Assembly (NCBI GenBank): GCA_964471165.1 | Contig: CAYYEX010000004.1 | Coordinates: 22,378-86,377 of the forward strand | DNA length: 64,000 nt | Source: an uncultured Candidatus Saccharibacteria bacterium | Lineage (GTDB): Bacteria; Patescibacteriota; Minisyncoccia; Phycocordibacterales; UBA2100 | Direction of reading: 5' to 3' | In this document: piece by piece, positions 27,683 through 36,533 of the stretch | How positions within the stretch are numbered: the stretch's first letter is position 1 | Layout: every line of letters begins with the position of its first letter | Position numbers and translations under genes: made by a program | The notes under the pieces: generated by a model | The model's database searches: none | Told to the model about the DNA's origin: nothing | The model's input: the letters and a program-made list of their open reading frames with translations, nothing else

Positions 27683-28219
27683 TTAGCCAGCAACCTTCTT
27701 ACCCTGCTTCTGGCGTACAACTTCACCCTCGTATCGAATGCCCTTGCCCTTGTATGGCTCTGGCTTCTTGATTGCGCGGACGGTTGCTGCGAACTCGCCT
27801 ACAACTTCTTTGTCTGCGCCTGATACTGAGATGATGTTCTTTTCTACTACAACGGTAAGTCCCTGCGGAATTGCCTTGATTACCGGGTGCGAAAAGCCAA
27901 GCGCCATTTTGAGATTGGTTCCCTGCATTTCTGCCTTGTAACCAATACCTTCGAGCTGCAATTTTTTGATGAACGGTGTGTTGACGCCGGAAATCATGTT
28001 GCGAACGTGCGCAGCATAGGTTCCCCACAATGCCTTTGCGAGGCGTGAGTTGTTGGCAGGATTAACCGTAACGTTCTGACCGTCGACTTTGATTTCGATT
28101 GCAGGGTGCACCATTTTCTTGAGGGTGCCGCCCTTACCTTTTACAATCAATTCCATCGAAACAACCGAGACTTCGGTGCCTGCGGGGATGATTATTTCTT
28201 TTTTACCTACTCGTGACAT
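27683..28219 (-). CDS. rplF: 50S ribosomal protein L6
   Basis: [19 protein letters not shown]... Confidence 0.95.
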   Translation of the reverse strand: MSRVGKKEIIIPAGTEVSVVSMELIVKGKGGTLKKMVHPAIEIKVDGQNVTVNPANNSRLAKALWGTYAAHVRNMISGVNTPFIKKLQLEGIGYKAEMQGTNLKMALGFSHPVIKAIPQGLTVVVEKNIISVSGADKEVVGEFAATVRAIKKPEPYKGKGIRYEGEVVRQKQGKKVAG

Positions 28220-28232
28220 ATATCAATTGAAA

Positions 28233-28628
28233 TTACCAAATCTCGAACAGAGCTTCGCCGCCGATTTTCTCTTTGCGCGCTTCTTTGTCGGTCTTGATTC
28301 CCTGTGGAGTTGAGAGGATGAGTGCACCGTGTCCGTAACGAACGCGAACGATTTCTCCTGCGCGCTTGTACATGCGGCGTCCTGGCTTGGAAATGCGCTT
28401 AACACCCTGGATGATGTGCTTGCCTTCGGAATCGTACTTGAGGGTAACGTCGAGGGTCTTCTTGACCTTCTTGCCCTTCTTTTCGATTGCTGCGATGAAA
28501 CCAGCCTCCTTGAGCTTCTCAGCGATTGCTGCCTTGAAGTTCGAGTATGGCAAAGAAACAACAGCGTGCTTAACAGCACCGGCGTTGGTGAGTCGTGTGA
28601 TGAAATCTGCTACAGGATCGGTGACCAT
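28233..28628 (-). CDS. rpsH: 30S ribosomal protein S8
   Basis: MVTDPVADFITRLTNAG from the ATG at 28628. The longer 28796 ORF is an upstream extension overlapping rpsN. Confidence 0.9.
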   Translation of the reverse strand: MVTDPVADFITRLTNAGAVKHAVVSLPYSNFKAAIAEKLKEAGFIAAIEKKGKKVKKTLDVTLKYDSEGKHIIQGVKRISKPGRRMYKRAGEIVRVRYGHGALILSTPQGIKTDKEARKEKIGGEALFEIW

Positions 28629-28629
28629 A

Positions 28630-28815
28630 TTACCAAGATGACTTCTTAACGCCTGGGATATTACCTTCGAGGGCCTCTTCACGGAAGCAGATGCGGCAGA
28701 GGTTGAAATCACGCATAAAACCGCGTGGGCGACCACACTTGAAACAGCGGCGTACCGTGCGCGAAGAGAACTTCGGAACGCGGTTTGCCTTAACAATCAT
28801 TGATTTCTTTGCCAT
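28630..28815 (-). CDS. rpsZ: 30S ribosomal protein S14 type Z (zinc-binding)
   Basis: 61 aa with [20 protein letters not shown]. Confidence 0.9.
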   Translation of the reverse strand: MAKKSMIVKANRVPKFSSRTVRRCFKCGRPRGFMRDFNLCRICFREEALEGNIPGVKKSSW

Positions 28816-28988
28816 GTAGTTTGTTTAGCCCGCTAAGTGCGGGATGCTCGTGAAGGAAAGCTTGGGAGGCCTGCACCCTGCCTTTCGGCCTGGGTTATGG
28901 ACACTCCGCGGCGTAGGTCCTAGATTCTTGCGATATCCCTGGAACCCAGGAATCAGGCCAAAAAACGGACCTCCTGCGAGGCCTGAGA

Positions 28989-29017
28989 AATATACTCGAA
29001 AGGTACCGTGAAGTCAA
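28989..29017 (-). promoter_or_regulatory. Candidate sigma70-like promoter (TTGACT-17-TATATT) driving rpsZ-rpsH-rplF... downstream of the island insertion
   Basis: Minus-strand reading: TTGACTtcacggtacctttcgagTATATT. The ~170-nt leader to the rpsZ ATG contains several GC hairpins. Confidence 0.4.
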
Positions 29018-29038
29018 ACAATCGCTCCCGCCAGGCCA

Positions 29039-29602
29039 TTGACGCGACTCTGGAAGCACTGCATTGTGCTTGCAGTCAGGCGAGCGATGGAGATTGCAAT
29101 GTCGAACGGCACAAAGACGAAGTACCCCATTACGCGACGCGTTGCGTACACCGGTCTGCGCCCGAAGAGTGGCGGATACGTCAACCTAATTGTCGCGCTC
29201 ACGCGACGGGAGCAGGGCGACGATTCCGGCGAAGCGGACAAAAGGCCGCTTCTCGAGATCTTCTTCGAGGTCGGCTCAAAGGATTCGGATCCGGTTCGCG
29301 TATCGACCGATACCGTCCTCGAGTGGAGTGAATTGCCGCCCGTGCATCGCTTCCCCCTACGGTGGCGAAACATTCGCAAGTACATCGACCAAGGTATTAT
29401 GCCGGACGATGCGTATCTGCAGTCTGCCGTTGAGTTCCTCGTAACTTCAGGGACCTGGCGATTCAGTGCAAATCACAATGGTGACAGCGACGAGGTTGAG
29501 TTCACTGTGATCCGCCTCACCCCGCAGGTCGCCGTTACAGGCAAGGAATTGCTCTCGAAGCTGCCTGAATCCGCCGTCGAAATGGTCGATGAGGAGGAGT
29601 AA
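29039..29602 (+). CDS. hypothetical protein (start uncertain), convergent with the ribosomal protein genes
   Basis: ORF followed by a strong terminator hairpin; no motifs. Confidence 0.4.
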   Translation: MTRLWKHCIVLAVRRAMEIAMSNGTKTKYPITRRVAYTGLRPKSGGYVNLIVALTRREQGDDSGEADKRPLLEIFFEVGSKDSDPVRVSTDTVLEWSELPPVHRFPLRWRNIRKYIDQGIMPDDAYLQSAVEFLVTSGTWRFSANHNGDSDEVEFTVIRLTPQVAVTGKELLSKLPESAVEMVDEEE

Positions 29603-29619
29603 TCACCCTCATCGGGGCA

Positions 29620-29650
29620 CATCTTGCAACCGCGCGGACATCCGCGCGGC
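29620..29650 (+). terminator. Rho-independent terminator (CCGCGCGG-ACAT-CCGCGCGG then CTTTTGTTT)
   Basis: Self-complementary 8-bp GC stem plus a T-tract, 18 nt after the stop of 29039..29602. Confidence 0.5.
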
Positions 29651-29692
29651 TTTTGTTTACGCAGCATTTCTAAAAGAATAGGAAGATGGAAA

Positions 29693-29714
29693 ATATACCG
29701 ATATATCGGTATAT
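29693..29714 (-). terminator. Perfect palindrome ATACCGATAT|ATATCGGTAT followed by a T-rich run on the minus strand (terminator for the methyltransferase gene, or an operator)
   Basis: 10/10 inverted repeat, 35 nt downstream of the 29749 stop. Confidence 0.4.
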
Positions 29715-29748
29715 GTACGGTCTTGCTCAACATTTCCAACACTTGACC

Positions 29749-30531
29749 CTAGCTGAGTTTTTGCAGGTACATCGAGAAGGTGCGTCGTTTCCAGGCGCGT
29801 TCTTCCCCTATTTTGCCGCGGTTGATGTGCTTGTGAGATTTTACGACTTTGTGAATCTGGAAATACGGAGCAAAGAACTCTTTGGCGTCGTCTTCGGTCC
29901 ACACGTGTTCGTGTACGCCGATTTTCGGGTGTATGTATGCGCCGGGCTCGTCCGATGGATTTTCCTTGAGCAGGCGCTTGCTGTGCAAATCCTCGTCGGC
30001 AAGGAATGATTTGAAAAACAACCAGCCGTCGGGGCGCAGCACCCGCACGATTTCTTCGAGCAGCTTCTCGCGCTCTTCTTTGTGCAAGAAGTGCGAGGTC
30101 ATCATGTCGAGCGCGAGCGTTACCGAGCCGTCTTTTGCTGGGAGCGGGTCAGACATAGATTGCACCGAGAACTTAATCGGCAGGTCTTCTTTGTTGCGGT
30201 CGGCTTCCAAAATGGCCACTTCGGAGATATCAAAACCCTCTCCATGCATCCCGAAGTTGTTTGAAAGGTAGATGATATTGCGGCCGTTGCCGGTACCAAT
30301 GTCGAGCACTTTTGCGACCGGATTGAGGTACTTGCGGCCATGCTCGCGTTCAAGCCAGGTAATAAACTTTTCCAAGTCTTCGGACACATTCATAGAAAGC
30401 GCGAGGTGTTCGCTCGATTTGTACTCCTTGTTCCAGAAATCCTTGTGCTTTCCACCCCCCTGCTGCAGGCGAGTGGTCTGGCTTGGTTTTATCTTTTTTA
30501 CTTTTCTTCCCATATATTCAGATAGTAGCAA
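29749..30531 (-). CDS. class I SAM-dependent methyltransferase inserted between rplE and rpsZ
   Basis: VLDIGTGNGRN (motif I)...VLRPDGWLFF (post-II). Confidence 0.7.
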   Translation of the reverse strand: MLLSEYMGRKVKKIKPSQTTRLQQGGGKHKDFWNKEYKSSEHLALSMNVSEDLEKFITWLEREHGRKYLNPVAKVLDIGTGNGRNIIYLSNNFGMHGEGFDISEVAILEADRNKEDLPIKFSVQSMSDPLPAKDGSVTLALDMMTSHFLHKEEREKLLEEIVRVLRPDGWLFFKSFLADEDLHSKRLLKENPSDEPGAYIHPKIGVHEHVWTEDDAKEFFAPYFQIHKVVKSHKHINRGKIGEERAWKRRTFSMYLQKLS

Positions 30532-30567
30532 ACGAGCGCCTTTCGGCGCTCGTTTGTTTGCTTTTGT

Positions 30568-31098
30568 TTATTTCTGCAATGGCACTCCCAAATGTCGCAA
30601 GAACGCTTCTGCCTCTTTCTTGTTCTTGGCAGTGGTCGTAACTGTAACTGCAAGACCGAACACATCCTTTGCGTCTTCGTCGGAAGTTTCCGGGAAAACC
30701 GTGTGTTCCTTGAGACCGATGGTGATGTTGCCCATCTCGTCGATGGCGCTCACCTTGATACCACGGAAGTCTTTTACACGAGGGAGAACGATGTTCACAA
30801 GCTTGTCGAAAAACGACACCATGCGTGCGCCGCGAAGTGTTACCTGGAAACCAGAGAGGTCGCCGACACGTGTCTTGAAGTTCGCAATCGACTTCTTTGT
30901 GTTGCGCTTTACCGGAGCCTGGCCCGTGATTGTGGTGAGGCGGTCAAGAATAACTTCGAGCTTCTTCTTGTCTTTGATAGAACCAACACCAGTCGAGACG
31001 ATAAGCTTCTCGAGCTTTGGCGTCTGCATGATGTTCTTGTAGCCGAACTCACCCTTGAGGGCTGCGTGAGTATTTTTCTGAATAGTGTGTGCGTCCAT
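30568..31098 (-). CDS. rplE: 50S ribosomal protein L5
   Basis: YKNIMQTPKLEKLIVSTGVG... Confidence 0.95.
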   Translation of the reverse strand: MDAHTIQKNTHAALKGEFGYKNIMQTPKLEKLIVSTGVGSIKDKKKLEVILDRLTTITGQAPVKRNTKKSIANFKTRVGDLSGFQVTLRGARMVSFFDKLVNIVLPRVKDFRGIKVSAIDEMGNITIGLKEHTVFPETSDEDAKDVFGLAVTVTTTAKNKKEAEAFLRHLGVPLQK

Positions 31099-31102
31099 AT
31101 AT

Positions 31103-31414
31103 TTATTTGATGGCCTGGCCGCTCTTTACTGCGATTCGGCTGCGAACTCCCTTTTCGTCTCGCTTGATAGAAATACGAGATGGCTTGCCGGTCTTCGAGT
31201 CCACAATCATCACGTTTGATACGTGAATCGGCATCGGCTTGTCGATAATCTGGCCCGAGCGTGCCTGCTGTGTTGGCTTGCGGTGGCGCTTGCCCATGTT
31301 GACCCCGTCGATAATTACCTTATCGATTTTGGTGAACACCTGGGAAATCGCTCCGCTCTGACCCTTGGCCTTGCCGGCGATTACCATTACTTTGTCTCCT
31401 TTCTTGAGTTTCAT
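31103..31414 (-). CDS. rplX: 50S ribosomal protein L24
   Basis: MKLKKGDKVMVIAGKAKGQSG (KOW) from the ATG at 31414. The longer track ORF is an upstream extension. Confidence 0.9.
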   Translation of the reverse strand: MKLKKGDKVMVIAGKAKGQSGAISQVFTKIDKVIIDGVNMGKRHRKPTQQARSGQIIDKPMPIHVSNVMIVDSKTGKPSRISIKRDEKGVRSRIAVKSGQAIK

Positions 31415-31418
31415 ACAA

Positions 31419-31790
31419 TTACAGGATTTCTGGCGCGAGTGAGCCGATTTTCTGGTAGCCTCGTTCAATCACTTCGCGTGGGATTGGTCCGAATACGCGG
31501 TTTGCCTTTGGCTCCTTCTTGTCCTTTTCCACGAGCACAACTGCGTTTTCGTCGAAACGGATATACGAACCATCCTTGCGGCGGAATGCCTTCTTCTGGC
31601 GCACAACAACAGCGCGGTGAACGTCCTTCTTCTTTACAGCCTTACGAGGCTGTGCGCTCTGGATAGAAAGCACGACTTCGTCCCCGATTTCGGCATAGCG
31701 CTTCTTTGAGCCGCCGAGAATCTTGAACACACGTCCGATTTGTCCACCGGAGTTGTCTGCAATTTTTACGAGTGATCGGTCCTGCAACAT
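31419..31790 (-). CDS. rplN: 50S ribosomal protein L14
   Basis: MLQDRSLVKIADNSGGQ... Confidence 0.95.
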   Translation of the reverse strand: MLQDRSLVKIADNSGGQIGRVFKILGGSKKRYAEIGDEVVLSIQSAQPRKAVKKKDVHRAVVVRQKKAFRRKDGSYIRFDENAVVLVEKDKKEPKANRVFGPIPREVIERGYQKIGSLAPEIL

Positions 31791-31795
31791 ATAGC

Positions 31796-32053
31796 TTATT
31801 TAGTTTCGCCAGCACTTACGATGATGAAGCGCTTGAGCTTAGAAATCGGTCGAGTCTCCTTGATGGTTACCTTTGCACCCACCTCTACGGTGTTGCCTGG
31901 GTTGTGCACGAGGAACTTCTTGGAAAGGCGCATGTACTTCTTGTACTTCGGGTGCTTCACGTAGCGTTCAACCTGCACGGTTACCGTGTCTTTCATCGCC
32001 GCCTTTACGACAACGCCATCAAATGTCTTTCCTGTTGTGATTTTTGTTTCCAT
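31796..32053 (-). CDS. rpsQ: 30S ribosomal protein S17
   Basis: GKTFDGVVVKAAMKDTVTVQVERYVKHPKYKKY. Confidence 0.95.
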   Translation of the reverse strand: METKITTGKTFDGVVVKAAMKDTVTVQVERYVKHPKYKKYMRLSKKFLVHNPGNTVEVGAKVTIKETRPISKLKRFIIVSAGETK

Positions 32054-32057
32054 ACGC

Positions 32058-32258
32058 TTATTTGGTTTCGGTCTGGGCTACCTTACGTGAATTCATCTCT
32101 GTGAGCAACCGTGCGATTTCTTTTCGAAGTCCGCGGCCTTCGCGCACATTGCGTGTGCGAGTTCCAGCTTCACCGAAGCGGAACGTGCGAAGTGCCTCGC
32201 GCTTTGCTGCGATTTCCTTCTGCAAGTCTTCTATGCTCCATGATTTAAGTTCTGCCAT
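32058..32258 (-). CDS. rpmC: 50S ribosomal protein L29
   Basis: 66 aa; MAELKSWSIEDLQKEIAAKREAL. Confidence 0.9.
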   Translation of the reverse strand: MAELKSWSIEDLQKEIAAKREALRTFRFGEAGTRTRNVREGRGLRKEIARLLTEMNSRKVAQTETK

Positions 32259-32275
32259 ATATCTTTCCTATATTT

Positions 32276-32701
32276 TTACTGGGCTCGTGCAACGATTCGT
32301 ACCTTGAGCGGAAGTTTTGTGCCTGCCTTGCGGAGTGCCTCACGTGCCATTGCCTCTGGTGCACCATCGATTTCAAAAAGCACACGTCCCGGACGAACGT
32401 CGAACACGTATCCTGCCAAATCACCCTTACCAGAACCCATGCGTACTTCTGCTGGCTTCTTGGTGAATGGTCGGTCAGGGAAAATGCGAACCCAAATCTT
32501 GGCACTCTTGCCTGCTGCGCGCGAAAGTGCGCGGCGGGCTGCCTCAATCTGATTGCTCGTTACGCGGTGCTGGCTCATCGCCTTCAAACCGAATGAACCG
32601 AATGCCACGGTGATGCCGCGGGTATCCGGAGCAACACGACGGTCGCCTCGTCGGCGCGCGTTTTGCCACTTTCGGTGTTTAACTTTTTTAGGTGCCAACA
32701 T
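32276..32701 (-). CDS. rplP: 50S ribosomal protein L16
   Basis: MLAPKKVKHRKWQNARRRGDRR... Confidence 0.95.
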   Translation of the reverse strand: MLAPKKVKHRKWQNARRRGDRRVAPDTRGITVAFGSFGLKAMSQHRVTSNQIEAARRALSRAAGKSAKIWVRIFPDRPFTKKPAEVRMGSGKGDLAGYVFDVRPGRVLFEIDGAPEAMAREALRKAGTKLPLKVRIVARAQ

Positions 32702-32707
32702 ACAAAT

Positions 32708-33382
32708 TTATTGATCCTTCTTGTCGAAGATGTCGCCGCGGTAAATCCATACCTTGACCCCGATGACGCCGTATGGGAGATATGCCTTTTCCTTCGCAAA
32801 GTCGATGTCTGCGCGCAATGTCTGCAACGGTACACGACCGCGCTTAATTTCCTCTGAACGAGACATTTCTGCTCCCCCCAAGCGGCCAGAGATACCGATG
32901 CGCACACCCTGTACGTCGCGGTTTGCCATTACCTTTTCTACCGTCTGCTTGAGCACGCGGCGGAACGTCTGGCGCTTCTCCAAGCCCTCGGCAACCATGT
33001 ATGCAACAACCGGTGCCTGTGACTCTGGTGAGCGAACTTCCTCGATGTCGATACGTACGAGCGACTTGCCCTTTGGTGCACCCTTTACGGTTCCAACAAC
33101 TTTTTCGACTTCTTTGACGAGCTTCTGGCTCCCCTCTCCTCCACGACCGATAACGAGACCCGGGCGAGATGTCTTGATGAGAATGCGGATGGTGTTCTGT
33201 GCGCGTTCGATTTCAACAGACGTTACGAACATGCCGCGAAGACGCTTCGTGAGGAAGCGGCGGATGGTCGTGTCAATCATCACGTTGGTGCGGTATTCGA
33301 GCGGCGACTTAGCAAACCAGCGCGACTTCCAGTCACGAATGATGCCGAGGCGATGTGCGTATGGATGTACTGTGTGTGTCAT
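32708..33382 (-). CDS. rpsC: 30S ribosomal protein S3
   Basis: MTHTVHPYAHRLGIIRDWKSRWFA...KH domain. Confidence 0.95.
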   Translation of the reverse strand: MTHTVHPYAHRLGIIRDWKSRWFAKSPLEYRTNVMIDTTIRRFLTKRLRGMFVTSVEIERAQNTIRILIKTSRPGLVIGRGGEGSQKLVKEVEKVVGTVKGAPKGKSLVRIDIEEVRSPESQAPVVAYMVAEGLEKRQTFRRVLKQTVEKVMANRDVQGVRIGISGRLGGAEMSRSEEIKRGRVPLQTLRADIDFAKEKAYLPYGVIGVKVWIYRGDIFDKKDQ

Positions 33383-33388
33383 AAAAAA

Positions 33389-33844
33389 TTATTCGCTCTT
33401 TGCTGCTGCTTTCTTTGCTACCTTCTTTGCTGCACTCTTCTTTGCTGCCTTCGGCTTTTCCTCACCAGTTACTTCAGCAACCTTTTTTGCCTTCTTCGCA
33501 GGTACAGCAGGCGCTGCATTGTGTGAACCAAGCTCGAGGGTGACGATAGAAAAGGTCTTTGCGTAGCGTGCTGCGCGACCACGTGCCTTTGGCATAAAGC
33601 GGCGCATTACCTGACCCTTATTGACTGCGATTGCCTTCACAAAAAGACTCTCAACCTCCTGACCGTTGTTCTGTACTGCGTTTGAAACGGCAGAGTTGAG
33701 GAGCTTCAACATAGTTGGTGAAGACTTCTTTGGGAGATATGCGAGCGCCTGACGAGCTGCATCAATAGACTTACCGCGAATCAAGTCCGCAACGAGGCGC
33801 ACTTTGCGCGGTGATTGATTGTAGTTTTTAAGAAGCGCTTTCAT
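33389..33844 (-). CDS. rplV: 50S ribosomal protein L22 with a K/A-rich C-terminal extension
   Basis: MKALLKNYNQSPRKVRLVADLIRGK... Confidence 0.95.
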   Translation of the reverse strand: MKALLKNYNQSPRKVRLVADLIRGKSIDAARQALAYLPKKSSPTMLKLLNSAVSNAVQNNGQEVESLFVKAIAVNKGQVMRRFMPKARGRAARYAKTFSIVTLELGSHNAAPAVPAKKAKKVAEVTGEEKPKAAKKSAAKKVAKKAAAKSE

Positions 33845-33853
33845 ACGAGAGTT

Positions 33854-34192
33854 TTATTTCTTTGCTGCACCTGTTGCGGCCTTTGCAGCCTGTGCAGTAG
33901 CGATTTCCTGCTGTTTAGCAGCCTGTTCTGCCTCCTTCTGCATCTTGCCTCCGTGTCGTACGAATCGGGTCGTCGGAGCAAATTCACCGAGCTTGTGGCC
34001 AACCATGTCTTCGGAAACGAATACGGAATCGAAGTTCTTCCCCGTGTGCACCAAGAAGGTATAGCCCACAAATTCAGGAGCAATGGAGCTTGCGCGCGCC
34101 CACGTCTTAATACCACCGTCATTCGGCTTGCGAGCAGACACCTTTTTGAGGAGTTTCTCGTCTACGTATGGGCCCTTTTTTGCGCTTCGCAT
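33854..34192 (-). CDS. rpsS: 30S ribosomal protein S19 with an A/K/Q-rich C-terminal extension
   Basis: [18 protein letters not shown]...[13 protein letters not shown]. Confidence 0.95.
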   Translation of the reverse strand: MRSAKKGPYVDEKLLKKVSARKPNDGGIKTWARASSIAPEFVGYTFLVHTGKNFDSVFVSEDMVGHKLGEFAPTTRFVRHGGKMQKEAEQAAKQQEIATAQAAKAATGAAKK

Positions 34193-34234
34193 ATACTTTT
34201 TATTTGGTCAATTGAAAACCCGCGTCTTGCGGGA

Positions 34235-34271
34235 GTCCGTGCAATTTATACGAAGTACTCTCTAATGTCAA
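34235..34271 (-). promoter_or_regulatory. Candidate promoter for rpsS and downstream genes (TTGACA-15/16-TATAAAT), created by or retained at the island junction
   Basis: Minus-strand reading: cagTTGACAttagagagtacttcgTATAAAttg. A small hairpin CCCGC-GTCTT-GCGGG lies in the leader at 34209-34224. Confidence 0.45.
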
Positions 34272-34290
34272 CTGTTTTCGGCCTAAAACG

Positions 34291-34327
34291 GAGGTCCTGT
34301 TGCAGAGTTATATATTTGTGGTATAAT
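34291..34327 (+). promoter_or_regulatory. Candidate divergent promoter (TTGCAG-16-TGgTATAAT, extended -10) for the island genes
   Basis: TTGCAGagttatatatttgtggTATAAT about 30 nt upstream of the ATG at 34358. Confidence 0.45.
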
Positions 34328-34357
34328 GGAACCCGTTTAACCCCAACGAGGCACCCC

Positions 34358-34780
34358 ATGCGCATCGGTATTCTAGGGCTTTTTCTGGTCCTTTTAGGTC
34401 TCTCGCCAGTTCAGGCGCAGCAGGCCTATATGCACAACGGCAGCACGATGACGGTCACCGTATCGGGCAAGTCCGTCGAAATCAGCTACCTCTCCCCTCG
34501 GGCCGGTTTGCCTGTTCAATCAGGCACCCGCTTGTTCGAGGGAGGAGTCAACGAATACAGCCGCAAAATCGAAGGCACGGCGTGGATTTTCCACAGCCGA
34601 TGCAACCGGGCCTACTCGTACTGGGTGGTCGGCGACTTCGAAAACGGCGACGCACAGCTCCACCTGGTAGGTGCAGCACCGGTCGTAGACCCGCGCACCT
34701 GTCTCGTCGTCGGACACTCGCGGGAAAGCGCGAATGCGCATCTCTTGTTCCACAACGACTGCGAAACCATCGTCGAATAA
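34358..34780 (+). CDS. small secreted protein (signal peptide), hypothetical
   Basis: MRIGILGLFLVLLGLSPVQAQQ signal peptide, supported by the promoter upstream. The 33815 track start is an antisense extension over rpsS. Confidence 0.5.
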   Translation: MRIGILGLFLVLLGLSPVQAQQAYMHNGSTMTVTVSGKSVEISYLSPRAGLPVQSGTRLFEGGVNEYSRKIEGTAWIFHSRCNRAYSYWVVGDFENGDAQLHLVGAAPVVDPRTCLVVGHSRESANAHLLFHNDCETIVE

Positions 34781-34954
34781 TCGATGCAGGGGTTCGCTCA
34801 GAAACTCAAAAGCCTCGGTACGTCCCGGGGTTTTTTGTTTTAAACAAATGCCCGGCACGAGTGCCGAGGGCTTTTGTTCATTGCTTCTGTCTTTTTTGCG
34901 TCCTCGTGTTAGATTCACGAATAGCTGATGGCAGCTTGTGAGGGAGACGAAACA

Positions 34955-35305
34955 ATGCCGAGCTCTGCTTTGGATGTGGCACTTCTGAACGCCGACGGAC
35001 TCACGGCACGAATCCACCGTTACGTTCTGTTCTGCGTGAAGGACGGCAACGGAAGTGTTCGGTACATCGTACGTACCGCACCGCGCGAAGAGCCCTGTGG
35101 CGCGATTATTCAGCGCCTTGGTGACGAGATTCCCTGCATGGACATTACGCCGCTTGGCGGCGGCGAGTTCTCCTACCGCCCACATGATTGCAATATCATT
35201 CTGTTCGGCGGGACAAGCCCCGACATTGAGCGCGAGGACGACCGGGCCGCATCCGCCGCCATTTTCCAGCGCGCGCTCGGATTCCACACCTGCACCCTGC
35301 CGTAA
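34955..35305 (+). CDS. hypothetical protein (116 aa)
   Basis: GAGGGAG 9 nt upstream of the ATG at 34955; followed by a terminator hairpin. Confidence 0.4.
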   Translation: MPSSALDVALLNADGLTARIHRYVLFCVKDGNGSVRYIVRTAPREEPCGAIIQRLGDEIPCMDITPLGGGEFSYRPHDCNIILFGGTSPDIEREDDRAASAAIFQRALGFHTCTLP

Positions 35306-35337
35306 CCTGCTCCCCTCGCACTCGCGAGCGCACGAAC

Positions 35338-35372
35338 ATGAAGACCCGCTTGCACGGGTCTTCACGCTTTTA
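35338..35372 (+). terminator. Rho-independent terminator (GAAGACCCG-CTTGCA-CGGGTCTTC then ACGCTTTT)
   Basis: Perfect 9-bp stem followed by a T-tract. Confidence 0.5.
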
Positions 35373-35489
35373 TGAATTGTACCTGCCGCTTCCGGTACGT
35401 ACCGGGACTTGTGGCGTCCCTGGAATGATGGTGCTATGGTCTCGTAAGGGGAAATATAGAGAAACGGGGCTACAGAAAGGGTCCGAACC

Positions 35490-36533
35490 ATGCGTTTCAA
35501 TCACGCAGCATCATTTTTCGCCGCGGTCCTGGGTGCACAACTCTACAGCCGCAAAGCGAACAAGCGCCTCTCGGACAAGCTCTCGCTTGAGTTAGACCGA
35601 CGTCAGGCGCGCGACGAACTGCCACCGCGCGAGGTGGACCTCCAGCTCTTGCACAACAAGTTCATGCGGTTCAGGCCGCGACTCATCGGTGCAGTGGGAG
35701 CGTACTGCCTCCTGAGCGGACAACATCATCCAGATGTCGTTCAAAACGGGGGGTTGGATTTGTTCCGCACCATGTGGTACCTCGGTGCAACACAGGACGA
35801 CCTTATCGACGAAATTCCCTCGCAAAACGGCATCGAGCGCAGGCACGTCGAGCTCAGAATCCGCGACGCGATGTTTGGTACGGACCGTACCATCTATCGC
35901 GCGGCGTTGCGCGTGTTCTCGGACGACCTGTCACGGAGTGACTTCCCGCCCGAAGCCCAGCAGTATCTGCGACGCAAAGTGCGTGACTGGTACCGGTTCC
36001 TCGTCGAGCAGGAGGCAAAGGTACTCACGATGCACTCGTCGGAACTCGGTTACTGGGAGTGTCGCCGATACCGCGAGGAGCAGAACATGCGCGTGGCGAA
36101 ATTGCTCACCGCATGCCTCAATGGCCGGCGTTGTCACGAACCGGAGATGCAGGTGCTCGAGACGCTGGTACCTATGCTCTCGTTCCGGACGCAAATCATC
36201 GACGACGTCGCCGACGTCTTCGAAGACCTCGCAATGGGTCGCCCGAGTTTTTGCATGGGCGCACTCAACGACAATCCGCACGAACTGCACAACGTTCGGG
36301 AGTTCGCACGAAAGAATCCGCGCGTGAAGAAGATGCAGGTGCAGCTTTTTCGAAAGCTCGCACCAAAAAGTGCATCCCTCATCGAGTCGACCTACGACCA
36401 GTACGGCGCGGATCTGCGGACACGCAGCGAACCGTTTGTGCTGCTCGCGACAGTCGGCGACATGTTGTACCGCTGGTTCCCGACGTTTCGAGATGCCATC
36501 TACCGTCTCCAGCCGCGTTGGGCAAACTTCTAG
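35490..36533 (+). CDS. isoprenoid synthase-fold protein, squalene/phytoene synthase-like
   Basis: Two Asp-rich motifs about 130 aa apart: YLGATQDDLIDE and IIDDVADVFEDLAMGRPSF. Compare CrtB/SQS DDxxD and DV.ED...GR.Y.P. GC-rich gene. Confidence 0.5.
   Translation: MRFNHAASFFAAVLGAQLYSRKANKRLSDKLSLELDRRQARDELPPREVDLQLLHNKFMRFRPRLIGAVGAYCLLSGQHHPDVVQNGGLDLFRTMWYLGATQDDLIDEIPSQNGIERRHVELRIRDAMFGTDRTIYRAALRVFSDDLSRSDFPPEAQQYLRRKVRDWYRFLVEQEAKVLTMHSSELGYWECRRYREEQNMRVAKLLTACLNGRRCHEPEMQVLETLVPMLSFRTQIIDDVADVFEDLAMGRPSFCMGALNDNPHELHNVREFARKNPRVKKMQVQLFRKLAPKSASLIESTYDQYGADLRTRSEPFVLLATVGDMLYRWFPTFRDAIYRLQPRWANF

Noticed and set aside
30272-33566. Several 250-270-aa plus-strand ORFs (30272..31042, 32754..33566 and others)
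   Set aside because: Antisense to rplE, rpsC and other ribosomal protein genes; these are high-GC shadow ORFs.
34520-35500. 326-aa minus-strand ORF spanning the rplB/rpsS island
   Set aside because: It is antisense to two plus-strand genes that have a promoter, an SD sequence and terminator hairpins. Its amino-acid composition (R/A/G/C-rich) is typical of a GC-rich antisense frame.
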